64,000 nt of DNA from positions 192,001-256,000 of the forward strand of contig CAVZRV010000035.1 in the NCBI GenBank assembly GCA_963777605.1, in the 5' to 3' direction. The stretch is from an uncultured Acidobacteriota bacterium. GTDB taxonomy: Bacteria > Acidobacteriota > UBA6911 > RPQK01 > JAPXNP01. The translations under genes were made by a program, and so were the position numbers. The notes beneath the pieces were generated by a model. It searched no databases. It saw nothing but the letters and a program-made list of their open reading frames with translations, and was not told where the DNA came from. How positions within the stretch are numbered: position 1 is the first letter of the stretch; each line of letters begins with the position of its first letter. Shown here in pieces: positions 51,741 to 62,034 of the stretch.

Positions 51741-53702
51741 TCATCCAAAAAAAGCAAAGAATTCCAGCACGTTCTGAAGCCAGTACGTCCACTTCAGGCT
51801 CCACTTGGCTGCGGCTCGCTGCGTCGGAGCACTACGCACCCAACTGTTGTTGGTGCGGTTGACGTCAAGAGCAAGAATCCCGTCGGGATCAACCACCACA
51901 GATGCGATCTTCTCGGGCCTCCGGTAGCGATAACGGACCCAGCGGTCGCGCCCGTCCCAGTACTGATCGACGCTCTCGCCACCTTCGAAGGTCACCCGGA
52001 TGTGCATCGGGAAGATGGCCTCGCCCCATCGCCGCACGACCACCCGCTGCTCGTCCAGGACGGTATCGACCGAGTCCACGGCGTAATCGAAGATGTCCGA
52101 ACTGTGATACGTCTGGTCCCAGAACCAGTCCAGGTTCCGGCCAGTCACTTCGTTGGCCACCTGAAAGAAGTCCTCGGGTTTCGGGTGCTTCCGCCGGTAC
52201 CGCTCAAAATAGGTTGACAGGACTTTTTGAAAGGTCTCCCAGCCGAGATACTTCTCGAGCGTTTCGAGCATCAGCGCCGGCTTGGTGTAAGCGTTCAAGC
52301 CATATGAACCCTGGCGCGGAACCGGCCCACTGCGGTCTCCGGATTCCAGGCTCGCCGAGGGACCGTAGGCCCAGGCCGGACGATCCATGATGTCCAGCTT
52401 CAACGGAGAGTAATACCCGGCCAGCCCGGATACCGAACGGGAACCCTGGGGAAGATCCCGGAACAGTACCGGGATGAATCCGTCGAGGTAGCGGTGAATC
52501 GTAAACGTGTCCGGGAACGCGGTCTGCATCACTCGACCCGTCGAGTAGGTGTTAAAGCCCTCGTCCAACCAGGCATCCTCAAACTCGTTGTTGCCAATGA
52601 TGGCGTACCAGAACTGATGGCCGCACTCGTGCACGGTCACGCCCTCGGGTGAGCCCGAGTTGTCGGGATTCAGCCAGCGCGTTCCGCCGGTGAAAAGAGT
52701 CGGGTACTCCATCCCACCGCTGCGCGACTGCCAGGCCGGGTCGATTACAGTGACCTGGGGATAGTCATAGGCGCCGAACCACTCCCCGTAATAACGAAGC
52801 GCTGCTTCGGTGGCCGCGAAATAGCGATCCTCCTGCCCGAGGTGGTCGGGCATCATGAGAAGACGGATATTCACTTCGGGCAAGCCGGGGAACTCGAACT
52901 TCTTCTCGAACTCGCGAAAATGGGGACTGGTCGTCCAGGCAAACTCGTGGACCCGGTCCTGGTGGTAGACGTGGGTGGCCGATCCGTTGCCGTCCTCAGT
53001 TAGCTGAACGCGGGTTCCGGTTGCACCGACTACCCATCCAGAGGGAACGGTCAGCGAAACTTCGTAGTCACCATAATCGGAGAAGAACTCGGTCTGAATG
53101 AACTGGTGACAATTCCAGGTCCCGTTCTGCTCCAGGACCCCAAGCTTGGGAAACCAGTGGGCCAGGAAGAAGTAATCGTCCCGAAAGCCGACCCGGGAAA
53201 AGGGACGAGGAACCTTGGTTACGAAGTCCATCGTGATTCGGACAGTGTCTCCCGGGGCGACCGGACGGGGGAGAGGAATCCGCATCACGGTACGATCGTT
53301 CGGATTGGCGTCATCGGGCTGGATGTACTCGATGGCGTCCGTGAGGTTAGCCTCGGAGGTCACCTTTCCGTCGGTGTCCAGCCAGCGTACGCCGATCTGA
53401 CCCAGTTCGTTTCCGCCCCAGTCCCCTTCTCTCCAGTCGGAGAAGCCCCCATCGCGAGGCCGGGCCGAGTTGAGGTAAGAACTTTCCTTGTTCCGCCAGG
53501 CATTGAAGTAGAGGTGAAAACGGAGATCGGAGACCCCGGAGTCACTGTTATTCGCCCAAGTGATCTCAGAAGTCCCGGTAATCGTTCTCTTCCCCACGTC
53601 CAGGGCCGCTTCAATCCGGTAATCAACGGCAAGCCCGCTGCCGACGATCGCCATCAGCACCAGGGCGACGCTAAGTAGTCTGAGTTGGGATGTGTTGTTC
53701 AT
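51741..53702 (-). CDS. M1 family zinc aminopeptidase, secreted
   Basis: Signal peptide; GGMEYP, HECGHQFWY...WLDEG (HExxH-x18-E), AYTKP. Confidence 0.92.
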   Translation of the reverse strand: MNNTSQLRLLSVALVLMAIVGSGLAVDYRIEAALDVGKRTITGTSEITWANNSDSGVSDLRFHLYFNAWRNKESSYLNSARPRDGGFSDWREGDWGGNELGQIGVRWLDTDGKVTSEANLTDAIEYIQPDDANPNDRTVMRIPLPRPVAPGDTVRITMDFVTKVPRPFSRVGFRDDYFFLAHWFPKLGVLEQNGTWNCHQFIQTEFFSDYGDYEVSLTVPSGWVVGATGTRVQLTEDGNGSATHVYHQDRVHEFAWTTSPHFREFEKKFEFPGLPEVNIRLLMMPDHLGQEDRYFAATEAALRYYGEWFGAYDYPQVTVIDPAWQSRSGGMEYPTLFTGGTRWLNPDNSGSPEGVTVHECGHQFWYAIIGNNEFEDAWLDEGFNTYSTGRVMQTAFPDTFTIHRYLDGFIPVLFRDLPQGSRSVSGLAGYYSPLKLDIMDRPAWAYGPSASLESGDRSGPVPRQGSYGLNAYTKPALMLETLEKYLGWETFQKVLSTYFERYRRKHPKPEDFFQVANEVTGRNLDWFWDQTYHSSDIFDYAVDSVDTVLDEQRVVVRRWGEAIFPMHIRVTFEGGESVDQYWDGRDRWVRYRYRRPEKIASVVVDPDGILALDVNRTNNSWVRSAPTQRAAAKWSLKWTYWLQNVLEFFAFFG

Positions 53703-53891
53703 GGGTTAGGGTTCGTTAGAGTGGGATTCTGGTTTCGGAATGGAAAACGGGAGTGGGAAAGCGTTTCGGGTTTTGAGATCGGAGAAAGCGGGAGTTCCGG
53801 TCCGGCTTCGCTTTCGGGTAACCACGGATACGGCCACGAACAGCACCCGGAACCAGGAACCAGGAACCCGAAACGCGCGAAGCGCAGCCCA

Positions 53892-55085
53892 CTACTGTTC
53901 ATTCCCCCACAACTTGGCACCGTTCCCCTTGTTCTTTCGCCATTCGTGCCGCCACCGATGGATGTCAACCACGCCGATGAAGGGCTTGGGAGATCGTTCC
54001 TCCTTGGACGCCAGGGGCGGGAAGGATTTGTGGGGTTCCGTTTGATACCAGTAGGCCACCGACGCCAGGTCCAGGGTCAGGTTGTTGTTGTGGCCATGCT
54101 CGATCGTGAACCGGAGCGACTTGTCGAAATAGATCGGGTCGGCGATGTGGAACCGGTAGACGTGGGTCCTTCCGAGCCAGCCGATGTCGTTGTTTACCCT
54201 CCCGTAACCGTAGAACGGGTGGCTGAACAGGCTGTTGGGAGACCAGGAAGTGTTGAAGTAATCCTCCGTTCCGGTACCGTGCAGAGAGGGAGGCCAACCT
54301 TCACCGTCGATGAACACCATGTCGTCCCCCTCTCCGTACCACATCGGGCTCGGAGACTGGACATAGTAGTTGACGCCAACGAAATGGCCCTTGCCCACGG
54401 CATCAACAAACAGGTAGTTGTCCGCTCCCGTGGTGTTCTTGCCCTGGGGGCCGAGAAGGCTCCACTCGTTTTCACCTTCCGGCAATGCCTCGGTCAACTC
54501 ATGGTTGTACCAGGCGTGGAAGCGTCCGTACTCAGCAGGAAGGGAGTCCAGTTCGAGGTAGTCAACGTAGTAATAGAAGGCATCGATCTTCCGGCCGGAC
54601 TGATTCTCCACCTCGATTCGGGCTCCGTCGGCGAAGGGCATGGCAAAGTAGGTCACGAGGGCACGCCCTTCCCTGGGGCCCGCCGCAATCGGCAGGGATG
54701 AGAAATCGTAGGACTCGTCCCAACCCTGGCCGAAGAGGGGCCCGATGGGACTCTCGACACAGGGATCGTTCGACCCGTCCCAGTACATCCGGATAATGAT
54801 GTCGTTGCGGCTCAGCGCCGGGGGCGGCGGAGCAATGGTGATCCAGATGTGGTTGATTATGCCCGCTCCCTTGACCTCGAATAGGGTTCGCCGCTCGCCG
54901 TCCGGGATGTTTTCAAATCGGTCGTTGTTGCCTCCCGTCCGGTCGTAACTGCTGATTCGCTTGCTGCGAGCGCCTCCATCCACCTTGGCCAGTTCCAGGA
55001 GGTCGGTTGCAACCCCCTGGGCCCACCCGGTAGCTAACAGACACAAAAAAACGATTGCTCCAGGAATGCACGTCCTTCTCATCAC
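53892..55085 (-). CDS. DUF2961 / glycoside hydrolase family 172 protein, secreted
   Basis: SSYDRTGGNND, IRMYWDG, YFAMPF, WYGEGDD, GTGTEDYF, YRFHIADPIYF, IEHGH, SVAYWYQ. Confidence 0.9.
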   Translation of the reverse strand: MMRRTCIPGAIVFLCLLATGWAQGVATDLLELAKVDGGARSKRISSYDRTGGNNDRFENIPDGERRTLFEVKGAGIINHIWITIAPPPPALSRNDIIIRMYWDGSNDPCVESPIGPLFGQGWDESYDFSSLPIAAGPREGRALVTYFAMPFADGARIEVENQSGRKIDAFYYYVDYLELDSLPAEYGRFHAWYNHELTEALPEGENEWSLLGPQGKNTTGADNYLFVDAVGKGHFVGVNYYVQSPSPMWYGEGDDMVFIDGEGWPPSLHGTGTEDYFNTSWSPNSLFSHPFYGYGRVNNDIGWLGRTHVYRFHIADPIYFDKSLRFTIEHGHNNNLTLDLASVAYWYQTEPHKSFPPLASKEERSPKPFIGVVDIHRWRHEWRKNKGNGAKLWGNEQ

Positions 55086-55202
55086 GACCCTCCCCTAACG
55101 AGTCTTTCTTGCGCTGGATGCCATTTCAAGAGGCTACGGGTTCCGAGTTTCGGTTCGGGGACAATATCTGTCAAGTCCCTAGCGTGCTAGACTTCGGCCG
55201 AC

Positions 55203-55916
55203 GTGGTTACCTCGAACGACGATACATCGAATGAACTAACTACAGGGATCCGGGCGGTCTTCTTCGATCTGGATGGCACCTTGCTGGACTCGGAAGTCGT
55301 CTACGTCGAGGCGATCCAGATTGCGCTGGCCCGGATGGGAGAGTACCTGTCGCACCAAAAATCCCTCGACATTGTCTATGGACGGGGGTGGAAGGACATC
55401 TACGCCGACATCCGAGCGCAGTTTCCGGGTGCCTACCCGGACATCGTCGAGATGGAAGAGGTAGTCCGCGAGATCTTCCTGGAACTGCAGGAGAGTCGCG
55501 ACATCCGAATCAGCGGATCGGTTGAGTTGCTTCGAAGGCTTGCTGTCGATTTTCCGGTTGCCATCGTATCGGGCTCTCCCCGGAACGATGTTGCCCGGGG
55601 AATCGAATCGCTTGAGGTCGGCGCTGACCTGCAATTCTTTCTGGGCGCCGAAGACTACTACCCGGGGAAGCCCCATCCCACCTGCTACATGACTGCGGCT
55701 GCCCGACTCGGAGTGCTCCCCGCTACCTGCCTTGTGTTCGAGGACTCCGCCGCCGGTGTCGTGTCGGCCAAGGCGGCTGGAATGTACTGCGTCGCGCTCC
55801 AGCGTGAAGGCAAGCCCCTCCAGGACGTCGCCCTCGCCGACCTGGTTCTCAGCGATCTCGGCTCCTTCAAACTCGATGAGTTCCGGGCCCTCGTCTCCTC
55901 CCGCCAGGGAGGGTAG
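55203..55916 (+). CDS. HAD-family phosphatase (beta-PGM/CbbY-like)
   Basis: FDLDGTLLDSE, VSGS, GKPHP, FEDSAAGV. Confidence 0.9.
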   Translation: MVTSNDDTSNELTTGIRAVFFDLDGTLLDSEVVYVEAIQIALARMGEYLSHQKSLDIVYGRGWKDIYADIRAQFPGAYPDIVEMEEVVREIFLELQESRDIRISGSVELLRRLAVDFPVAIVSGSPRNDVARGIESLEVGADLQFFLGAEDYYPGKPHPTCYMTAAARLGVLPATCLVFEDSAAGVVSAKAAGMYCVALQREGKPLQDVALADLVLSDLGSFKLDEFRALVSSRQGG

Positions 55917-55995
55917 GGTTTCCGATTTCTGGGTTCTTGTGGAAACCTCGGAACCTTGGACTGTCAGCCCTCCGTGACACAGTTCAAGTCTCACC

Positions 55996-56256
55996 ATGTC
56001 TTGGCTTTGGATCGTAGTGGCGAGCTGGGGGGCACTACTACTCATCCTGGCACTCGCAATGTGTCGAGTTGCTTCACGGAGTGAGCGCTCCCGGGGTGTG
56101 CAATCCTGCCCTCCTCGGTCGCGGATCGAGCTGTTTCCACGCCGCACTGCAAGGTCGGACCATTCCTCGAGGGGATTCGCTGGCGCAAGGCTCGATCGCG
56201 AACCCAAAGAAGATCCCGGTTTATTTCTCGTCTCCGGCTCCTCCACGCGACAGTAA
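55996..56256 (+). CDS. Possible small single-pass membrane protein
   Basis: N-terminal hydrophobic helix then a basic tail; no clear RBS. Confidence 0.3.
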   Translation: MSWLWIVVASWGALLLILALAMCRVASRSERSRGVQSCPPRSRIELFPRRTARSDHSSRGFAGARLDREPKEDPGLFLVSGSSTRQ

Positions 56257-56299
56257 CCCAGCAAGACGTGAATTTGCCACCGTTTCAGCGACTCCCCAC

Positions 56300-56628
56300 C
56301 AAACCAGCCCCGCCAGGGGCGGCATTCGAGCAGAGCAGAAACCGGAAATGCGGTGTCGCGAAACCCGGGCTCACACCACCAGGACCAGCCCCGGACAGGG
56401 GCGGCATTGGAGCCCAGAAACACGAAACCGAAATGCGTGTCGCGAAATCCGGCTCTCGCCACCGGACCAGCCCCGTCCAGGGGCGGCATCGAAGTAGCCC
56501 AGGATGAAGCGAAGCGGAATCCTGGGTCCTCGGCAAACCACCGCACCGAGTCCCGCCACGCGGGACGGCATGGCCCGATGGCACCTGGGGTCCCCGGAAT
56601 CAATTCCGATGTCGATCCGGCGCCGTCT
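56300..56628. repeat. Left REP array flanking the transposase
   Basis: Three ACCAGCCCCG..CAGGGGCGGCAT units at about 82-bp period; GTAG-REP at 56494-56526. Confidence 0.85.
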
Positions 56629-56629
56629 C

Positions 56630-57079
56630 TTAATCGGGGAACCAATCATTCGGGAATCGCATATCGTGGACATCGAACAGGGCTCGAATTTCGGCTTCGA
56701 AGGTGCGCCTCAAATGGTGTTCCTTCTGACCGTCGATATACCTCCGGACCCGGTCCCGCTGAGAGCGACTGACCGTGAATCCTCCATACCCTTCTTGCCA
56801 GGCAAACGGCCTCAAACCCTTTTCCTGAGCCAACCATCGCGACGTATTGCTTTTGATCACTTGCACTCCCTTCGACACGGATAGCGAGGCGTGCAGGGAC
56901 GCCAGGATATGGAGATGGTCCGCCGTTCCGTTTGCCGCAATCAGCTTGCTATTGTGGTTTTCCAGTATCCCCCGCGTAAAACGGCGGACCTCGGGAATCC
57001 ACCCTACAGGGACCAACGGAAGACGTCCTTCGGTTGCAAAAACAAAGTGGTAAAGGAGACAAGTATAGGAATGAGACAT
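56630..57079 (-). mobile_element. tnpA: IS200/IS605-family Y1 (HUH) transposase TnpA, REP-associated, no tnpB
   Basis: YHFVFAT..R, DHLHIL (HUH), K..TSRW, FAWQEGYGGFTVS, YIDGQKEHH (catalytic Tyr); RBS GGAGGT. Confidence 0.92.
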
Positions 57080-57134
57080 TGTGTACCTCCACCAAATAGA
57101 ACGTACACACCTGGCAAAGCGACGACATCACGGC

Positions 57135-58275
57135 ACACCAGTCCCAAACAGGGACGGTTCGGAGGTAGCCGGGAATGCAGTGTCCCCCGGGCCACACCAC
57201 CAGGACCAGCCCCGGCCAGGGGCGCCATTGGAGCCCAGAAACACGAAACCGAAATACGTGTTGCAAAATCCGGCCACCACCAGCACCAGCCCCAAACAGC
57301 GGCGGTATGGAGGTAGCCCGGGAATGCGGTGTCCCCCGGGCCACACCACCGGACCAGCCCCGGCCAGGGGCGCCATTGGAGCCCAGAAACACGAAACCGA
57401 AATACGAGCTGCAAAATCCGGCGACCACCAGGACCAGCCCCGTCCAGGGGCGGCATTGAAGTAGCCCAGGATGAAGCGAAGCGGAATCCTGGGTCCTCGG
57501 CAAACCACCCTACCGAGTCCCGCCACGCGGGACGGCATGGCCCGATGGCACCTGGGGTCCCCGGAATCAATTCGGATGTCGATCTGGCGCCGTCTCCGGA
57601 CGGTTCGGGTTGTCATCACCCGGACGACCGATTCACGGGATGCCGTCCCGCAAGCGGGACTCCGACCGGGGCTGGCGGTGTACCCAGGACTCCGCTTCGC
57701 TGCGTCCTGGGCTACTGCGATTCCGTCCCGCTTAACGCGGGACTCCGGTGCCGACCGAGTCGAATCCGCCTCACCTGGGTCCTCCGGCACCACTCCGAAC
57801 CGAGTCCCGCCCGCGCCGAATCGGAAGCGGAAATCGAGAAATACGAATCCGAACCTCGAAACCGAAATACGTGTTGCGAAATCTGGCCACCACGGACCAG
57901 CCCCGTAGGGACGGTTGGAGGTAGCCGAAATGCGGTGTCCCCGGCTCTCACCACCGGACCAGCCCCGTCCAGGGGCGGCATCGAAGTAGCCCAGGATGAA
58001 GCGAAGCGGAATCCTGGGTCCTCGGCAAACCACCCCACCGAGTCCCGCCACGCGGGACGGCATGACCCGATGGCACCTGGGGTCCCCGGAATCAATTCGG
58101 ATGTCGATCCGGCGCCGTCTCCGGACGGTTCGGGTTGTCATCACCCGGACGACCGATTCACGGGATGCCGTCCCGCAAGCGGGACTCCGACCGGGGCTGG
58201 CGGTGTACCCAGGACTCCGCTTCGCTGCGTCCTGGGCTACTGCGATTCCGTCCCGCTTGACGCGGGACTCCGGTC
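57135..58275. repeat. Right REP/REPIN array with two near-identical ~320-bp composite palindromes (period 525 bp)
   Basis: GTAGCCCAGGATGAAGCGAAGCGGAATCCTGGG at 57461-57493 and 57986-58018; inverted partners ending CCTGGGCTAC at 57683-57715 and 58208-58240; shorter alternating units upstream. Confidence 0.9.
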
Positions 58276-58558
58276 TTCAGTCTCCGAAATTGGGTAGCTC
58301 TGTTCACAAAAGCGGTCCCGCTCTTCATACCCGGCAAATGCTCAATGAGCTGTCTTCCCCGTATTCACTGGGTCTGAGGTTCAAATTCCCTTTGGTATAC
58401 TTGTTGCTGTTTCTGTAAGCCCGTCGGAGAATGATTCATCTGGGAATTGTTCCCGGAAGCAGGTAATCACGTTTGGTTCGACTCGATTGTGCAGACCTCA
58501 CGGACCCGGAAATCGTGAGGCGCAGATGCTTGTTAGAAACCGGGCTGGAGGTTCGATA

Positions 58559-59131
58559 ATGTCGAGGACTATTCTTCTTCTTTGCCTTTCCTGTCTCCTC
58601 CTGATCTCAGCCGCTCCTGCCCTCGCCCAGGAACCGGCGGATGAAGTTCCCCTCTATGTCATTGAGCCCAACGATATTCTCGAGATTTTTGTGTGGAAGG
58701 AACCCGATCTCTCCCGTAAAGTTCTGGTTCGCCCCGACGGCCGGATCTCGTTTCCGCTGGTGCAGGACCTGCAAGCGGCAGGCTTGACGCCGGCCGAACT
58801 CAAAGGGAAGGTGGAGGAACTTCTCAAGGAGTACCTCGCCGCTCCCAACGTGACGGTCATTGTCGATGCGATTCAGCATTACCGCATCTATGTCACAGGA
58901 AAAGTGAATGGCCCCTCCAGTTTTATGGTGGAAAAGCCGATAACAGTCCTGCAGGCGCTGAGCCTGGCCGGCGGTTTTGCGGAATTTGCCGACGAAGGAG
59001 GCATCAAGATCGTTCGTTCGTACGGCGACAAATATGTTTATTTGGACTTTAACTACAAGGATGTGATCAAGGGCAAGAACACCGAGCAGAACATTGTTCT
59101 GCGCTCAGGCGACGTCGTGGTGGTTCCCTGA
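58559..59131 (+). CDS. Polysaccharide export protein (Wza/OPX family, short form)
   Basis: Signal peptide; YVIEPNDILEIFVW, VRPDGRISFPL, AAGLT, LQALSLAGG, LRSGDVVVVP. Confidence 0.92.
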   Translation: MSRTILLLCLSCLLLISAAPALAQEPADEVPLYVIEPNDILEIFVWKEPDLSRKVLVRPDGRISFPLVQDLQAAGLTPAELKGKVEELLKEYLAAPNVTVIVDAIQHYRIYVTGKVNGPSSFMVEKPITVLQALSLAGGFAEFADEGGIKIVRSYGDKYVYLDFNYKDVIKGKNTEQNIVLRSGDVVVVP

Positions 59132-59151
59132 TAGAAGAGAGGCATGCCCGA

Positions 59152-60391
59152 ATGAAGATCAATTTCAGAGCATCACTGGTAGTAGTCCTAATGCTTTGGG
59201 CACCCGTCTGGGCCGAGCGGGAGAATTCCGTCAGTGCTTCCCTCGACGCAGTCACCGCAGCAGACAACAATCCCCAGGTTTCGGGCCTGAGCTTCAACCA
59301 GCTGAACCAGGGCTACCTGTTTACCTGGGGTCTCTATCCGAACATCTCCCTCAACTCCAGGGGAGCCCGTTCCGAGTTCGACCTGTCTTACGGCTTCGGG
59401 CTGTACCGGGTGGAAAACACCAGCCTCAACCTGGACTCCGAGTCCCACTCGGCGGCCCTGGGTTGGAAGTTGAACACGGAAAGACTCACGGCAACATTCC
59501 GAGAAAGCTTTAAGAAGTCCCCCGATTTCGCCTCTTTCAACCTGTTCCAGGGAATCGTGTTCACCCCGGAAGGGATCTTCTTCGACTACAACCTGGTCTC
59601 CCTCAAGCGCGACAGCTACTGGAACACGGCAAACCTCAACCTGGACTACCGGTTCGGGGCACGTTCCCACCTGGTCCTGGGGGGCGGGCACACGCTGCGT
59701 CGATTCGTGGACAACCCGCTGTTCCAGCGGCGCATTCCCAACCAGCAGCAGGCGACGGCAAATGCCGGGTACGCACGTGACCTGAGCGCCCAGACTTCGT
59801 TGACCACCGATTATCGGTTTTCCTATTTCAACTACGATTCGGACGTCTACCGTGACGGGACCAATCAGGACGTCGCCCTGGGTTTCACCCACAGGTTCTC
59901 GCCGACCGTGCGGATGGCGGTGTCAGGCGGTCCTTCTTATGCGCAACTGGTCGGCGGCGGCGGCTTCAACTACTGGGGCTACAACGCCTCGGCCAACGTC
60001 TCCAAGTCGTTTGAGCGCGAGTCAATCAATTTCTACTATCGCCGGGACAACAGCGCCAGCACCGGAATCGGCGGGATCTCCAAGACTCACCGCCTGGGGT
60101 TCGGGTTCAGCCAGCAGTTCAACCGGGTGATTTCGGCCAGCCTGGGACTGTCGGCCTACACCACCAAGCGGGTGTTCGACAACGTGATCGATCTGAGAGG
60201 CCTCACCGGATCGCTGGCCTTCAACTTCATGCTGCAGCGCCACATTTTTCTGAACGTGGGAGCCAATTACAACAGCCAGAAGGAGACAGAGCAACCTTCC
60301 CGAACTCGGACTGAACGGCCACTACAACCTCGACCGCAACCGCGTCTTCGTTTCGCTGCGGTTTGATTTACCCGATTTTGCGAGGTTTTGA
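59152..60391 (+). CDS. Outer-membrane beta-barrel protein of the EPS locus (apparent frameshift near 60290)
   Basis: Signal peptide and alternating aromatic beta-strand pattern. The alternative frame continues ...NRVFVSLRFDLPDFARF*, ending in Phe and abutting the next start. Confidence 0.72.
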
Positions 60392-62030
60392 GTGAAGAAA
60401 TTAGTCATAAAAGAGCCCCTCGACGTTTTGGTGATGCTGAACCGGCGGCGCTGGTGGATTATGCTCACTTTCCTGCCGCTGGCCTTCATCGCTGCGCTGG
60501 TTGCCATCATGCTGCCCAGCCTCTACGTGTCGGAAACGCTGATCCTGGTGTCGCCCAAAGAGGTCCCGGACGCCGTCGTGACCGACTTCATCACGCTGGA
60601 CACGGCGGATCGTCTGATGGCGATCCAGGAAACGGCCCTCAGCCGCACCAATCTTCAGAAGATTCTCAACGACTACCCCGAGGAGTTCCGGGAAGTCCGG
60701 AAAATGAGCCCCGAGAAGCAGGCTGCCGTACTGCGCAAGCGGATCAACATCGAGTTCACCACCAGCCGCCAGAGCCGCGGGTCGGTGATTCCCTATTTCC
60801 GAATCTCCTACGAGGATCGAGACCCGAGGCTGGCCCAGAAGGTCACCGAAAAGCTGTCCACCTTCTTTATCGAACGGGACGCGAAGACGCGGGAGGACCA
60901 GGTCTTCGGGACCGCCGAATTCCTCAAGCGGGAATTGAAGAAAGTCTCCGACCAACTCTCGATCGAGGAACAGGCGCTGGCACAGCTCAAAGAGCGATAC
61001 CAGTATGAGCTCCCCGAACAACTCGAGACCAACCTGCGGACCCTGGACCGTCTCCAGGAGGAGTTCAAGGCCAACAACGAGTCGCGTGACCGATACCTGT
61101 CTCTGAAGCTCGACCTGGAGCGGCGGGTCTCCGAGACTTCCCCGGTCATCTCCCGCGAACAGAGACGGCAGCAGATGGCGGGGGGAGCCCGCACTGTCTC
61201 CCCTCTGGTTCAGCGCTACCGTCAAACCGAGATGGCACTTGCCGATGCCAAGGCACGCTACACTGAAAAACACCCTGACGTGCTCCGGCTCGAGGAAGAG
61301 TTGGAGAACCTGCGCGCTCAGATCCCCCCGGAAGACCTTCAGGACGTGGGCCCCGCACCTGGAGAGACTTCGTCCAGAGCCGAGGTGATCAACGATCCCA
61401 ACCCGGCATACCAGCAGCTCACGTCTCAACTGGCCCAGGTCAACACCGAACTGCGCATCCTGGAAGACCGGCGGGGGCAGATCGACTCGGAAATCCGACG
61501 CTACACGACGCGCATCGAGAATACGCCGAAACGGGAGCAGGAAATCGCCGGTCACCGGCGGCAGGTGGATGCGTTGCAGGCCAAGTACAACGACCTGGAA
61601 GGCAAGCTCTCCCAGGCCAACCTGGCCAGCAGCCTGGAGAGCAGCCAAAAGGGAGAGCAGTTCCAGGTCATCGACCCGGCGAGCTACCCGCTGGAACCCT
61701 CCAAGCCCAACCGCCTGCTGGTTCTCCTGATCGGCCTGGGAGCAGCCCTGGGAATCGGGATCGTGGTCGGCAGTGGGAGTCGACTTTCTCGACCAGCGGG
61801 TCTGGAGTGCCAACGAAGTCATCGAACTGCTCAATCTTCCGGTCGTCGGCGAGATTCCCGAGATCATGTCGGAGGGGGACGCGCGGCGGCTCCGCAGGCA
61901 CGCCATTCTCGGTTTTGCGGCCTACTCCGCTGTCTCCATCATGGCGGTTGCCGCAGTCTACGCCATCTATTCCACTCCGCCGGTCCGGGCGCTGGGCACC
62001 GAGACACTGGCACGACTGCTCGGTTGGTGA
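60392..62030 (+). CDS. Polysaccharide co-polymerase (Wzz/GumC family; apparent frameshift near 61770)
   Basis: N-terminal TM, LSRTNL, long coiled coil, YTEKHPDV, FQVIDPA..P..PSKPNR, TM. The alternative frame gives DFLDQRVW...LPVVGEIP plus a third TM. Confidence 0.88.
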
Positions 62031-62034
62031 TGTG

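Noticed and set aside
56300-58275. CRISPR array
   Set aside because: The intervening segments are themselves repeated and palindromic, spacing is irregular, and no cas genes are present. It fits REP/REPIN better.
55236-58418. Long ORFs over the repeat region (e.g. 55236..56645, 57128..58144, 57329..58297)
   Set aside because: Repetitive low-complexity translations of GC-rich palindromes; no protein motifs.
57080-58480. tnpB/IscB partner or omega RNA next to tnpA
   Set aside because: No RuvC or Zn-finger ORF on either side; the flanks are explained by repeats.
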